Source of the DNA: a virus
Reading direction: 5' to 3' (one strand)
Virus record (IMG/VR): IMGVR_UViG_3300010361_000003
Span: 5,470 to 69,469 of that record
Length of the DNA: 64,000 nucleotides
A program made the position numbers and the translations under genes. Below, piece by piece: positions 28,734-38,825 of this stretch (the stretch's first letter is position 1; each line of letters opens with the position of its first letter). The notes below the pieces were generated by a model. It searched no databases, was not told where the DNA came from, and saw nothing but the letters and a program-made list of their open reading frames with translations.

Positions 28734-29096
28734 ATGAATATCGTCCGCTCGCTCGCCGGTCTTTACGGGCCGAGCATCCCTAAGGTGGCCAATGACTATG
28801 CCGTGTCGGTCTCGACCACTGGCGGGCTGATCCTAGCGGCGGATGTCGTCAGCATCGCTGCGGGCTCAATCGTCCGGACATCGGTGAGTTTTCACAATCC
28901 CTGCGACTATGAAATCTACATCGCCAAGGCGCGTGACAAGTATGGCAATCCCATTCCGATCATCGCCAAGGGGGCCGGGACATACAAGCTGCCGAGTGGC
29001 GAGACTTGGATCTTTGATGCGCCGGGGCCGCTTGCTTGGAATGGCATCGCTGTTGGCGCTGTCGGCGCGCTGACGATTCTTGAATATCTAAGCTGA
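28734..29096 (+). CDS. Hypothetical beta-rich virion protein
   Basis: 120 aa, AGGA RBS, 'R.S..F.NP....IY' pattern. Confidence 0.5.
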   Translation: MNIVRSLAGLYGPSIPKVANDYAVSVSTTGGLILAADVVSIAAGSIVRTSVSFHNPCDYEIYIAKARDKYGNPIPIIAKGAGTYKLPSGETWIFDAPGPLAWNGIAVGAVGALTILEYLS

Positions 29097-29158
29097 AATA
29101 TCTTCATTAAACATAGGGTTGTCGCGTTTTTGCGCGCCCGAATGGTAGGGCGCGGGCG

Positions 29159-29407
29159 ATGAAATACCTTCTCCTTGTCGCGGCTTTCGCTGCCGGTCTT
29201 GGCTTGACATCGGCATTTGCCCAGTCCGATGAGCACACGCTCAAGCTGACGCAGGCCGAGCTGACGACGATCCAAATGGCATTGCAAAAAGCGCCGATGC
29301 CGATGGAACAAACCCTGCCGCTGCTCCAGAACATTTACAAACAGACCAACCCGCCAGCAGATCCGCCGGTTGCTCAGGCAAATCCGGCACCCCCGCCGCC
29401 AAAATGA
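29159..29407 (+). CDS. Small exported protein
   Basis: MKYLLLVAAFAAGLGLTSAFA|Q signal peptide; Pro-rich tail. Confidence 0.55.
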   Translation: MKYLLLVAAFAAGLGLTSAFAQSDEHTLKLTQAELTTIQMALQKAPMPMEQTLPLLQNIYKQTNPPADPPVAQANPAPPPPK

Positions 29408-29408
29408 G

Positions 29409-32400
29409 ATGTCCCTTCGGCGTCTGCTGAGCGCCGTCGTCGGGAGTCTTCTTCTCGCCACCGCCGCGGCGGCTCAAAACCCGCCCGCTTCTAACAACAT
29501 CGCCACCGTTGTCGCGAGCTGCGGCAGCATTCCGACCTCGGCGAGTCCTGGTCAGAGCCACCCGCTCTACATGGACACGAACGGCAATCTCTGCGTCAGC
29601 GGGCTCGCCGGGCCGACCACTGGCGGCGGCACACCGGGCGGTCTCAATAATGCCGTGCAATTCAATAGTGCCGGGGCCTTTGGTGGCGTCGGTCCTGCAA
29701 ACAATTCGGTCCTGGTCACCAACAGCAGTGGGGCGCCGGCGGAATCGACAACCCTGCCCTCGGCAATAACGATCCCCTCACCCGTCATCACCGGGGCCTC
29801 GATCAGCGGCGGGACGATTACGAGCTTGCCCAATCCAATCAATCCGCAGGATGCCGCCACCAAGAATTATGTCGACAGCAATCTGCGCTTTCCCGCCGGT
29901 AGCAATAATTCGGTTCAGTACAACAGCGGTGGCGTGCTGGCCGGCGCCACGCCGGTAAACAATGCGGTGTTGGTCACCGGCCCCGCTGGGGTTCCGGTCA
30001 TGGCAACGGCCTTGCCACCGGCGATTGCCATTCCCTCGGCGACCATCACCGGGTCCGCGATCAGCGGTGGCACGATCACCAGTCTTCCGACCCCAACCAA
30101 CCCCGGCGATGCCGCCAACAAGAGCTATGTCGATGCTCATGCCGCCATTCCCGGCGGCGGGGCCAACGCGGTGCAGATCAACGCCGGCGGCACTCTTGGC
30201 GGGGTCGGGCCGGTGGTCAGCGCTGTGCTTGTGACCAGCAATACCGGCGTACCTTCCGAGGCGACAACCCTGCCCGCGGGCTTGACCATTCCTTCGGCGA
30301 TCATCACGAGCCCGACGATCACCGGCGGCACGCATACCGGGCTGCCGACCCCGAGCGCATCAAGCGATGCCGCGACCAAGGGCTATGTCGACTCGGCCCC
30401 GCATACGGTCGCGGGAACGACCAACGCAATTCAGTATAACAGCGGCACCGGGTTTGCCGGAGTGACGCCAGCCGCCAATGCTGTCCTGACTTCAAATGGA
30501 GCTTCGCTACCGGGGCTCGCGACGACCTTACCGTCAGCCCTGACGATCCCTTCACCGACGATCACCGGGGCGGCGATCAGCGGCGGGACGATCGTCAGTC
30601 TGTCAAACCCAACCAATCCCCAGGATGCCGCGACCAAGGCTTATGTCGACAGTTCGCTGACCGGGATCAGCCCGGGCGGGGCCACCAACGCAATTCAGTA
30701 TAAAGCTGGCACCTCGACCTTTGGCGGGCTGACGGTAGTCAACAACGCGGTCGTCGTGACCAGCGGCGCCGGCATTCCCTCGGAAGCCACGACACTGCCG
30801 ACCGGGCTGACGCTGCCCACAGCAACGATCACGGGTGCTGCGATCTCGGGGGGTACCATCATCTCGCTCCCCAACCCGACAAATGCCCAGGATGCGGCGA
30901 CCAAGGCCTATGTCGATGCCGCGATCTCCGGCGGTCTCTCACATGCGCCAGTCGCCGCCGTCGCGACCGGCGTGCTGCCAAACACCCCGGCCTATAACAA
31001 TAATACGACCGGCGTTGGGGCCACGCTGACCGCAACCTCGGGGTCGACCCTGACGATCGACGGCTACGCGGTGCAGAACGGTGATCGCGTGCTGGTCACG
31101 GGACAGGCCGCCGGATTGCAAAACGGCATCTTTACCTTTGCCAATACGAGCCCGTGGGTGTTGACGCGCGCCACCGATTTTGATCAGGCGGTTGCGGGCG
31201 AGGTCGCCCTCGGCGCCTATGTCCTGGTCCTCAACGGCACCGCCAACATCAATTCACAATGGGGCTTGGGGTCACCGACCCCCTCCTCGATCACAATCGG
31301 CACCACCGCGCTAACCTTTAACAAGTTGGCGTCGGGAGCGATAACCTACAGCGCCGACGAGACCAGTCTGCATCTGGCTGGGACTGTGTTCTCGGCCAAG
31401 CTGATCCCGGCCGCAGCGGGCGGCACCGGGGTCGTCAACAGCAACACGATCACCTTGGGCGGCAATATCGTGACGGCGGGTGCCCTGACGACCTCGGGGG
31501 CCTTTCCAATCACGCTGACGACGACCGGGGCGACGACATTGACCCTGCCGGTCAATGGTACCCTGCTGACCACGGGAAGGGTGGTCAACACCACGGCACC
31601 GCTGACCGGCGGCGGCGGCCTCGCTGCGGATCTGACGCTCGGGATCACGATCCCCAACAGCCAGCTCCTCGGCGGCAACGGGGCGAACTTCACCTCGGTG
31701 TCGCTGGGCGGCTCGCTTACCATCGTCGGTGGCACACTCAACACAACGCTGACGATCCCGAACGCCAACCTCGTCGGCGGCAATGGCTCGGCGCTGACCT
31801 CAATTACGGTCGGTAATGGTCTGAGCTTTGCCGGCGGCTCGCTCAGCAACCCGATCCCCAATGCCAGCCTGATCGGCGGCAATGGCACTTCCTATGTCGC
31901 GGTTACGGTCGGCAGCGGTCTCAACTACAACGGCGCAACAAACACGCTGACGGCCACCGGCAGCTCGATCCCGACCGCCAACCTTCTGGGCGGGAGTGCC
32001 GGAGCTTTTACATCGGTGACCGTGGTTGCTCCCGGCTTGACACTCTCGGGAGGCAATCTGAGCAATCCCATCCCCACCGCTCAACTTCTCGGCGGCGCGG
32101 CGGGGGGCTATGTCTCGATCAGCGTCGGCAGCGGACTCAATCTGACGGGGAGTTCGCTGACCGCCGTCGCCAGCCCTGACAGCGTGGCCGGTGGGATAAC
32201 GGCGACCGGGAGCACGGGAGCGGATTGTGCGGCGCTGAGTTCACAGCTGAATGTCGTTACCACCGTCTCTGCCGGGGCCGGTGTCTGTCTTCAATCCGGC
32301 TCTCCTGGTATTCACTCGATCGTGCGCAACAGTGGCGCCAATCCGCTGCTGGTTTATCCCAAGGCTGCGGATAGCGCGGCGATCAATAGCCTGGCTACTG

Positions 32401-32480
32401 GGGTAGCCATCGTGATCCAGCCCGATAATACCGGTTATTTCGAGGCTCAGAGTCTGACACAATGGTTCACCATTCCCTAA
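29409..32480 (+). CDS. Long tail-fibre-like protein with signal peptide
   Basis: MSLRRLLSAVVGSLLLATAAAA|Q; five DAA(T/N)K.YVD repeats; IDG....GDRVLV..Q...QNGI..LTRATD domain; IPN..L.GG repeats. Confidence 0.8.
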   Translation: MSLRRLLSAVVGSLLLATAAAAQNPPASNNIATVVASCGSIPTSASPGQSHPLYMDTNGNLCVSGLAGPTTGGGTPGGLNNAVQFNSAGAFGGVGPANNSVLVTNSSGAPAESTTLPSAITIPSPVITGASISGGTITSLPNPINPQDAATKNYVDSNLRFPAGSNNSVQYNSGGVLAGATPVNNAVLVTGPAGVPVMATALPPAIAIPSATITGSAISGGTITSLPTPTNPGDAANKSYVDAHAAIPGGGANAVQINAGGTLGGVGPVVSAVLVTSNTGVPSEATTLPAGLTIPSAIITSPTITGGTHTGLPTPSASSDAATKGYVDSAPHTVAGTTNAIQYNSGTGFAGVTPAANAVLTSNGASLPGLATTLPSALTIPSPTITGAAISGGTIVSLSNPTNPQDAATKAYVDSSLTGISPGGATNAIQYKAGTSTFGGLTVVNNAVVVTSGAGIPSEATTLPTGLTLPTATITGAAISGGTIISLPNPTNAQDAATKAYVDAAISGGLSHAPVAAVATGVLPNTPAYNNNTTGVGATLTATSGSTLTIDGYAVQNGDRVLVTGQAAGLQNGIFTFANTSPWVLTRATDFDQAVAGEVALGAYVLVLNGTANINSQWGLGSPTPSSITIGTTALTFNKLASGAITYSADETSLHLAGTVFSAKLIPAAAGGTGVVNSNTITLGGNIVTAGALTTSGAFPITLTTTGATTLTLPVNGTLLTTGRVVNTTAPLTGGGGLAADLTLGITIPNSQLLGGNGANFTSVSLGGSLTIVGGTLNTTLTIPNANLVGGNGSALTSITVGNGLSFAGGSLSNPIPNASLIGGNGTSYVAVTVGSGLNYNGATNTLTATGSSIPTANLLGGSAGAFTSVTVVAPGLTLSGGNLSNPIPTAQLLGGAAGGYVSISVGSGLNLTGSSLTAVASPDSVAGGITATGSTGADCAALSSQLNVVTTVSAGAGVCLQSGSPGIHSIVRNSGANPLLVYPKAADSAAINSLATGVAIVIQPDNTGYFEAQSLTQWFTIP

Positions 32481-33892
32481 GGGGCCTTGCGGCACTTCTG
32501 GTGCTGCTGCTGCTGCCGTCTGGCGCAGCGGTCGCGGCAAAAAATGTCGCGACGCGGCCCGGTATCATGCGGCTGATCACATCCGGCACCACTGACACCG
32601 CAACTCTCAGCGATATCGGCGGGACGATCTCGTGGAAAAGCCCCACCACAGGCGCCAAGACCCAGACGCTTCCCGCCTGCACATCGCCGTTTAACGGATT
32701 ATTTATCGGCATCACCGATGAGCAGGGGAACGCCGCGACTTATCCGATCTCCGTAACGGCGGGCGGCGGCAGCACGGTGGCCGGCGCTGCAGCGCCGGCC
32801 TTGATCACCTCCAATCTGGGCAGCGTCCTTCTGGGCTGCGATCAGACGGGGACCGGCAATTGGGCGATTATTAGCGGAATCTCGACGGTTGGTCAAATTA
32901 ACTGGCCCAACCAGAATTTTACGTCACCGCCCTCGGCGCTAACGGATGGTGCGTCAATTCCTGTAAATGCGTCCGGCCCTGGCAACTATACGCTGACATT
33001 GCTTGGTGGCACAACTGCCTCGCCACATACGTTGGCATGCCCGACCGGACTTGGGTCTGGTGTCCAATACCTCAGTATTGATATCACGCAGGGAGCTGGC
33101 GGCCCCTATCCGCTAGCTGCTGCCGGTGGTGGTTGCTACTTGGTGCCCAGTGGTAGCGCCATTGGCTTAACACAAACAGTTGGGGCTACGGATACAGCCA
33201 CCTTCAAGTGTATCGGCTCGACGTGCCGCCTCGGCGGCTTAGCGCTGAACCTGCTGGCCCCGGCCGCACCGAAAACCTTTATACGTGGCGTGCTAGGCCC
33301 CTATACCACTAGCGGTACCACCACCACCGCTACGTTCGCGTCGGCGGTTCCGGTTGGCTCAACGATCTTTTGTGGCCTTGTAAACTCGGGAACGGTTGCT
33401 CCCTCTGGTGTGGCGTCTGGCGCGGTGACGTTTACAAACGTTGATAGTAATACAAGCTTGAGTTCGTGGGGTCTCCGAACGTATCAGGCAGTTGTTACAT
33501 CAGCCTCCGTGACAACCGTGACCGCGACCTGGGCTGCTTCGAATACCAATATGCAAATGTTGTGTGACGCTTATGCCGGTGGCACATCGGCTGACGGCCA
33601 TGCGATTGCAGGTCAGGTCACGCCGGGGACTAGTACTGATGCTGTGTCCGCCGGTTCAATAACACCGACGAGCAGTGGTGACCTTGCGTGGGGCGTCTCT
33701 TTTAACAGTGTGGGCACGTCGGCTCAAACCCAGGGCACGGGGTTCACACTTCGGGAACAGGAGGCCACCACGACGGCGTGGGGTGGCACCAGCGAGGATA
33801 AGACGGTAGTGGGAGTAGCTGCAACACCCGTCACATTTACAAACTCCAATGTATCAGCGAACGTATATAGCGGTACGATCTTCCTGCATTGA
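32462..33892 (+). CDS. Exported multi-domain fibre/adhesin-like protein
   Basis: Hydrophobic leader; domains resembling those in 6256/7286, 34342 and 8983. Confidence 0.7.
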   Translation: MVHHSLRGLAALLVLLLLPSGAAVAAKNVATRPGIMRLITSGTTDTATLSDIGGTISWKSPTTGAKTQTLPACTSPFNGLFIGITDEQGNAATYPISVTAGGGSTVAGAAAPALITSNLGSVLLGCDQTGTGNWAIISGISTVGQINWPNQNFTSPPSALTDGASIPVNASGPGNYTLTLLGGTTASPHTLACPTGLGSGVQYLSIDITQGAGGPYPLAAAGGGCYLVPSGSAIGLTQTVGATDTATFKCIGSTCRLGGLALNLLAPAAPKTFIRGVLGPYTTSGTTTTATFASAVPVGSTIFCGLVNSGTVAPSGVASGAVTFTNVDSNTSLSSWGLRTYQAVVTSASVTTVTATWAASNTNMQMLCDAYAGGTSADGHAIAGQVTPGTSTDAVSAGSITPTSSGDLAWGVSFNSVGTSAQTQGTGFTLREQEATTTAWGGTSEDKTVVGVAATPVTFTNSNVSANVYSGTIFLH

Positions 33893-33907
33893 GGAGGTAG
33901 TGTAGAG

Positions 33908-34330
33908 ATGCACTGGTTATTGTGGTTCTTGCTGCTGCCAGGGTTGGCGGTTGCTCAAGTGGTAGCGCCAACGGCAAGTCCTAATTTGCTCGATCAATGC
34001 GCATCCGATGTGGAGGGCGGGAAAGTGCAATTACACTGTCAGGGGGGCAATTGTTCTACCGCTGGCGCAACGGCTGACAGCATTCAATTCGTGCTGACTG
34101 GTCCTAGTAAGTCGGCGATGACATGGTGCTATAGGACGCAGGACGGGCAGTTTGGGAATGGGGTCTTGCACCGTACCGATCCAATGAACCCGCGTTCGTT
34201 CTCCACGCCGCTTGCAAGCACGCAGGTTGCTGATCCGCGGACAGGGGCGACGATCACGCAGTGGCCTTGGGCTGCGTTTGTCTGCGGGTTTACAGGTGGC
34301 GCAGACGACACACCCCCTCCAACGTGCTGA
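33908..34330 (+). CDS. Exported Cys-rich protein
   Basis: GGAGG RBS; leader ending AVA|Q; six Cys. Confidence 0.6.
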   Translation: MHWLLWFLLLPGLAVAQVVAPTASPNLLDQCASDVEGGKVQLHCQGGNCSTAGATADSIQFVLTGPSKSAMTWCYRTQDGQFGNGVLHRTDPMNPRSFSTPLASTQVADPRTGATITQWPWAAFVCGFTGGADDTPPPTC

Positions 34331-34341
34331 GGAGATCGCGC

Positions 34342-35088
34342 ATGTTATACGTCCTCATGTTTCTTCTGTTGTTTGTTGGGGCGGCGAACGCACAGCAGAC
34401 GTTTACCGGGAAGAATGTGGTTATCGGGCAATTCAGCTCGCCTTCCTGTCCCTATACAGGGTCCGGGACGATAACGGTTGATGCAGCGGTGTGTCCGGCT
34501 AATCCGGCGAACTGCGGCACGACTGGGCAACCGGCTTGCTATGGGGTGACACGTAACCTGCTTGTGTTGAATGGTGATGCTACTCTGGCAGTGAAGAATG
34601 CCGACCCGGCCGGCGGCCAGACATTGGTGTTCCGTATTGTTCATCAGGGGCACATGCTTACCGTTCCACCTATTTGGTTTTCGGGCGGGCAGGCACCTAC
34701 CTTTTCGACTGGTATCGATGCTCTATGGTGCATGACGGAGGATGATGCTGCACTGACGTGTAGTTCGCCGATAACGGACTTGACTGGGGTGCTGCGGTTG
34801 ACGCTTAACACGACTACAACGCCACCAGGATCGAATATCGTATCAGCGGTCGCGAACGGTCCCGGAAATCCGACAGACTGGCTGGGTATATACGCTGCCG
34901 GCAGCACAAACCAAAAGAGCTTCCTCAACTGGGCTTATTTGAACGGCAGCCAGACAGCGCCGGCTAGTGGCTTGAAATCAGCGGCTGTAACTATGAAGGT
35001 TCCAGTTACTGTGGGATCGTATGAGATGCGGTTCTTTGCAAATGATCAATTCACTGTGTTGATTTCAACGCCATTCGCAGTCAAATGA
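34342..35088 (+). CDS. Exported protein with C-terminal Ig/SKICH-like domain
   Basis: GGAG RBS; leader ANA|Q; 'DWLGIY...W.Y...G.YEMRFF' C-terminal module. Confidence 0.6.
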   Translation: MLYVLMFLLLFVGAANAQQTFTGKNVVIGQFSSPSCPYTGSGTITVDAAVCPANPANCGTTGQPACYGVTRNLLVLNGDATLAVKNADPAGGQTLVFRIVHQGHMLTVPPIWFSGGQAPTFSTGIDALWCMTEDDAALTCSSPITDLTGVLRLTLNTTTTPPGSNIVSAVANGPGNPTDWLGIYAAGSTNQKSFLNWAYLNGSQTAPASGLKSAAVTMKVPVTVGSYEMRFFANDQFTVLISTPFAVK

Positions 35089-36092
35089 TTGTACGAGTTC
35101 TTGTCGGTACACTGTTCCTGGCTACTTCTGCAGTGGCGCAGCCTTGGGGCGGTAGCGGCGGCATGATGCAATCGTTTATCCAGCCACCGCCGCCCAATAA
35201 CACGTCATGTGGATTGACTCCTGGCCCGGCTGGATTACAGGGGTTTTCAACCTGCGCTCTTAATTCCGATTTTACCCAGCCGTTGCCAACGGGTTATATC
35301 AACTGCACCATCCCCCCAAATCCAACCCCGTCAGCGACGTGGTACGTTGGAGTAGACTGGGGCAGTACTCCAGCAACCCAGATGGCGTGTGGTGTCGTGT
35401 CTCAGAAGACCGATCCCTCGTTTGGTAATCTGGCGCTGGACATGCAATACCAGTCGCAGTATGCGGGGACCAACAAGCCTGAGCTAAACACGGTAAACAT
35501 TCAAACGGTGAGCCCGAGTTATCCGACCACCGGGGGCACTTTTTTTCCGCATGGATACTTTGAGGCTGTCTATCGCTTCGTACATCCACCCACCTTTAAT
35601 AATTGGCAAACGGCTTGGTGGACCCCGGGCGGTGAGCATGGCGATTCTCATATCGAGTTCGACTTTACCGAAACGTGGTCTGATCGCCCGAATATGAACG
35701 GGAACATGATCGACGGCACCCATACTAGCCTTAACATTATCCAAATGTACGCGATCAACTACGGCACGGGGCCTGGGCAGATCGATCTCAGCCAATACCA
35801 CAAATTCGCCGTGCTGGTTACCGGGAATGGAGCGACTGAGGCTGGGTGCGCCTATGTAGACGACAAATTCCAGGGATGCGCCTCCACTCCTGTGCTGGAG
35901 GCGTTTAATCCTCATTACGTGCAGATGTGGAATTCCGTCCACTGTAGCGAGAACGTAAACGACACATCTTCATGCCTAACGGCAAACTCATTTGGAAACA
36001 CTGATGTTTGGGTCAAAAGCATCAGGATCTGGAGTTGTGTAAATTGGCAAACGGACCTTTGTCAGACGCCGCCCAAGACTTCTGGACCATAA
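35085..36092 (+). CDS. Exported GH16-like (ConA-fold) putative glycoside hydrolase
   Basis: Leader AVA|QPWGG; GYFEA, AWW, EFDFTE (E-x-D-x-x-E catalytic motif), YHKF, YVD. Confidence 0.65.
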   Translation: MIVRVLVGTLFLATSAVAQPWGGSGGMMQSFIQPPPPNNTSCGLTPGPAGLQGFSTCALNSDFTQPLPTGYINCTIPPNPTPSATWYVGVDWGSTPATQMACGVVSQKTDPSFGNLALDMQYQSQYAGTNKPELNTVNIQTVSPSYPTTGGTFFPHGYFEAVYRFVHPPTFNNWQTAWWTPGGEHGDSHIEFDFTETWSDRPNMNGNMIDGTHTSLNIIQMYAINYGTGPGQIDLSQYHKFAVLVTGNGATEAGCAYVDDKFQGCASTPVLEAFNPHYVQMWNSVHCSENVNDTSSCLTANSFGNTDVWVKSIRIWSCVNWQTDLCQTPPKTSGP

Positions 36093-36096
36093 TCGG

Positions 36097-36738
36097 GTGA
36101 TAATGCAGATAGGCATCGCGGTGTTTACCGTAGCGATCATCTGCGAGCAAGCGCATGTTCTTTCGCCGATCGTGTTGGCGTGGTCACATTCCGGCTTGCG
36201 TGCGATTGCGCTGCGCAGGCCGATTGAAACGATGTTGCTGCCGAGCGCAGCTATCGGTCTGGCGTTGGCGCTGCCCTTTATGGTGGTGTGGTGGGTTTAT
36301 TGGGTGTGGAACATTTATCATTTTGGCGCGCAGCATTACGGCGTCTCGCGAATTCTAGGCTGGCGCAGCCAGCGTTGGGCATGGGTCAGTGGAACTGCGA
36401 TCGTGATGGTCGGTGTGCCGCTGATTGTCCACGCTTGGTGGTGGCGCTGGGTCGCTTTGGTGATCATCGACTTCAACCATTGGCTGGTCGATATCGGATT
36501 ATCGAGTCGAGTAGCGCGTAATGGTTGGTTCTTTGTCGCGGTGGTTGCCGCCGCCGGCTGCATGGGTTTTCTGTGGTTGACCCCGCGCGTTGATCATATC
36601 GCAACCAGAGCGTGGCCGTGGGTTATCCAGGCGCGTTGGGGTGTTGGCATCGCGCATTTCCTTTATTCGAGATGGGTGTGGACACTCAGGGACCCTGCGG
36701 TAGGCGCAATCATTCGCCCTTGTTTGAAGATCCGATAA
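36097..36738 (+). CDS. Multi-pass membrane protein with His motifs
   Basis: About 6 hydrophobic segments, Trp-rich; YHFGAQHYG, FNHWL, AHFLY. Confidence 0.6.
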   Translation: MIMQIGIAVFTVAIICEQAHVLSPIVLAWSHSGLRAIALRRPIETMLLPSAAIGLALALPFMVVWWVYWVWNIYHFGAQHYGVSRILGWRSQRWAWVSGTAIVMVGVPLIVHAWWWRWVALVIIDFNHWLVDIGLSSRVARNGWFFVAVVAAAGCMGFLWLTPRVDHIATRAWPWVIQARWGVGIAHFLYSRWVWTLRDPAVGAIIRPCLKIR

Positions 36739-36750
36739 GCCAGGAACAGT

Positions 36751-37764
36751 GTGATGATCAAGTATCTCTTTGTTTTGTTGCTCTACCCGTTTGTGGCTGT
36801 AGCACAGCCGTGGGGTGGTGTTGCTGGGCATATGTCATCAGCGCCAATAACAATTCAACCTCCTCCGGGTGGCATCCCAGCTCCGGCCCAAGCAGCGGGA
36901 TTTACGGCGCAGATAATCAACGCCGACTTTTCTCAGCCGGCGTACTCCAACATCGCGACATGGGTTGATGGATGCGGCGGCCCGACAACTGGCGATCGCT
37001 GGGTCTATAGGTGGTGGTACACGGGGACCGCCGGACCGTGCGATCATATCCTCATGGAGACTGATCCGACGATAGGTAGACAGGTTATGCACCTTCGATT
37101 TTTGGTGAGCGACGGATCGTCACCAGCGTCAAACCTGTCTTTGTCGTTCCCCCACCCTTTTAATGTCGACAATGCCAATCACTTTCCAATGGGACTTTAT
37201 GTAGAGACCACATACCGCATTGCAGCGTCTTCGCTGGGCTCACAACCGGGTGTATTCGCAGTTTGGAGCCCCTATATGATTGGCGGTCCGGGGTATACAT
37301 ATCTCTGGGAGGCAGACCAGATAGAAGTACAGCCAAATTCGGCCAGCGGCGGCACTTGGATTTACGGGGATGGGGGTATTGAATGGGATTATACCCAACC
37401 GTCAGGGCAACAAGCAATAGGTGGTATTGGCGCCCCCCTGAGTAATTTGCGGACGGACGAAACGGTATACCATACTTATGGCATGCTATGGACTACTGAC
37501 ACGACAAGCCAGATTTGGAAGTGCCAGTATTTTGATGGGGGGGTCACGACCGGGACGGCCACTGCTTGTGGTGGCAATACCCCCGCTCATCCTGTCATCT
37601 TAACTCATCACGATCAAAACCTCGTGCTTAACTGGGGTGGGGCTCCGGGTGGTGGGTCTCTGACTAGTAATGTAGATATTTATATTCAGTCAGTAACAGC
37701 ATGGGTGTGCCCAAACGGGTTTGGAACATCAACTCAATGCACAGGACCTATCATAACTCATTAG
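36751..37764 (+). CDS. Exported GH16-like putative glycoside hydrolase 2
   Basis: Leader AVA|QPWGG; YVE, WEADQIE (E-x-D-x-x-E), YHTYGMLW, YFDG. Confidence 0.65.
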   Translation: MMIKYLFVLLLYPFVAVAQPWGGVAGHMSSAPITIQPPPGGIPAPAQAAGFTAQIINADFSQPAYSNIATWVDGCGGPTTGDRWVYRWWYTGTAGPCDHILMETDPTIGRQVMHLRFLVSDGSSPASNLSLSFPHPFNVDNANHFPMGLYVETTYRIAASSLGSQPGVFAVWSPYMIGGPGYTYLWEADQIEVQPNSASGGTWIYGDGGIEWDYTQPSGQQAIGGIGAPLSNLRTDETVYHTYGMLWTTDTTSQIWKCQYFDGGVTTGTATACGGNTPAHPVILTHHDQNLVLNWGGAPGGGSLTSNVDIYIQSVTAWVCPNGFGTSTQCTGPIITH

Positions 37765-37960
37765 TCGCGGCGATGGTTTGCCGTCGAATGTAGGAGAAGG
37801 TCCGGCGCGGGCTCTGCCCAGGATTGGGCGTCGATCCCCCGCCCGCGCCGGAGAGCCCATCGGCCTTCACGGCAGACGACGAACTCAAAGTTTGTCGTAA
37901 ACCAGCCACCGTCAAAAAAGCGTCCTGGTTTTGACGCGAGACGGGACAAGGGGGATCAGA

Positions 37961-38272
37961 ATGTTGTGGACATCGGCGCTCGCTGTGCTCCGGAACGAGA
38001 TCCAGCATCTCAAGGATGCTGACCGGGAAAACGAGCAGGAATTGCGCGAGCATGTGCTGGATTGCGTCAGGCGCGGCGAGCGTATCGAGACTTCGGTCGA
38101 GGCGCTGCGAACCCTGATCGGGGTCAACACCTCATCTGCTATAGCGGCGGTCCAAGCGGTTAAGGACCAGACGCAAAGGACAGTGCTGCGCGCAGCCGGC
38201 GCGACAATCGTTGCCTTGGCCACGGTCGATAGCGCGATCTTCGCCGCCTACCTGCAGTTTCATCATGGCTGA
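37961..38272 (+). CDS. Coiled-coil protein with C-terminal hydrophobic helix (lysis module)
   Basis: GGGGGA RBS; directly upstream of the endolysin. Confidence 0.5.
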   Translation: MLWTSALAVLRNEIQHLKDADRENEQELREHVLDCVRRGERIETSVEALRTLIGVNTSSAIAAVQAVKDQTQRTVLRAAGATIVALATVDSAIFAAYLQFHHG

Positions 38273-38825
38273 TACCAGCTTTCTCCTGGCCCTTGAGTTC
38301 ACGCTGGCGGCCGAGGGGGGATTTAGCGATGACCCCCACGATCCTGGCGGGGCGACGATGCAGGGGATCACGCTCGCTGAGTTCCGCAAATACACCGGCA
38401 ACCAGGCAGCGACGGTCGCCGAGCTAAGGGCGATCACACCGATGCTCCGCGATGCGATCTATCGCGATGATTACTGGGGACCGAGCTATGCCACGAGGCT
38501 GCCGCCTGGGGTCGACCTCAGTGTCTTTGACATGGGCGTGAATGCGGGACCGCTGACCAGCGTCAAGATCTTACAGAGCGAGCTCGCAGTCCCGGCTGAT
38601 GGATTGGTAGGGCCGATCACCTTGATGGCGGTCAGCCGCAACATGCCGGATCTGATCGGTTGGCTCGAAACCGGACAGGAGCGCTATTACCGCAGCCTCT
38701 CCGGGTTTCGGTATTTTGGCCGCGGGTGGATCAGCCGTGCGCGAGCCCGCATGCAGGCCGCTCAGGCACTGTCAATGATGATGACCCTTGCCCGTCCCGG
38801 CCAGGCGGTGGAGGGCAACTCATGA
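38265..38825 (+). CDS. Endolysin, glycoside hydrolase family 108 with peptidoglycan-binding C-terminus
   Basis: EGGF.DDP.DPGGAT..GIT, IY...YW, FD.GVN.G, DG..GP.T, FGRGW..R. Confidence 0.92.
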   Translation: MADTSFLLALEFTLAAEGGFSDDPHDPGGATMQGITLAEFRKYTGNQAATVAELRAITPMLRDAIYRDDYWGPSYATRLPPGVDLSVFDMGVNAGPLTSVKILQSELAVPADGLVGPITLMAVSRNMPDLIGWLETGQERYYRSLSGFRYFGRGWISRARARMQAAQALSMMMTLARPGQAVEGNS

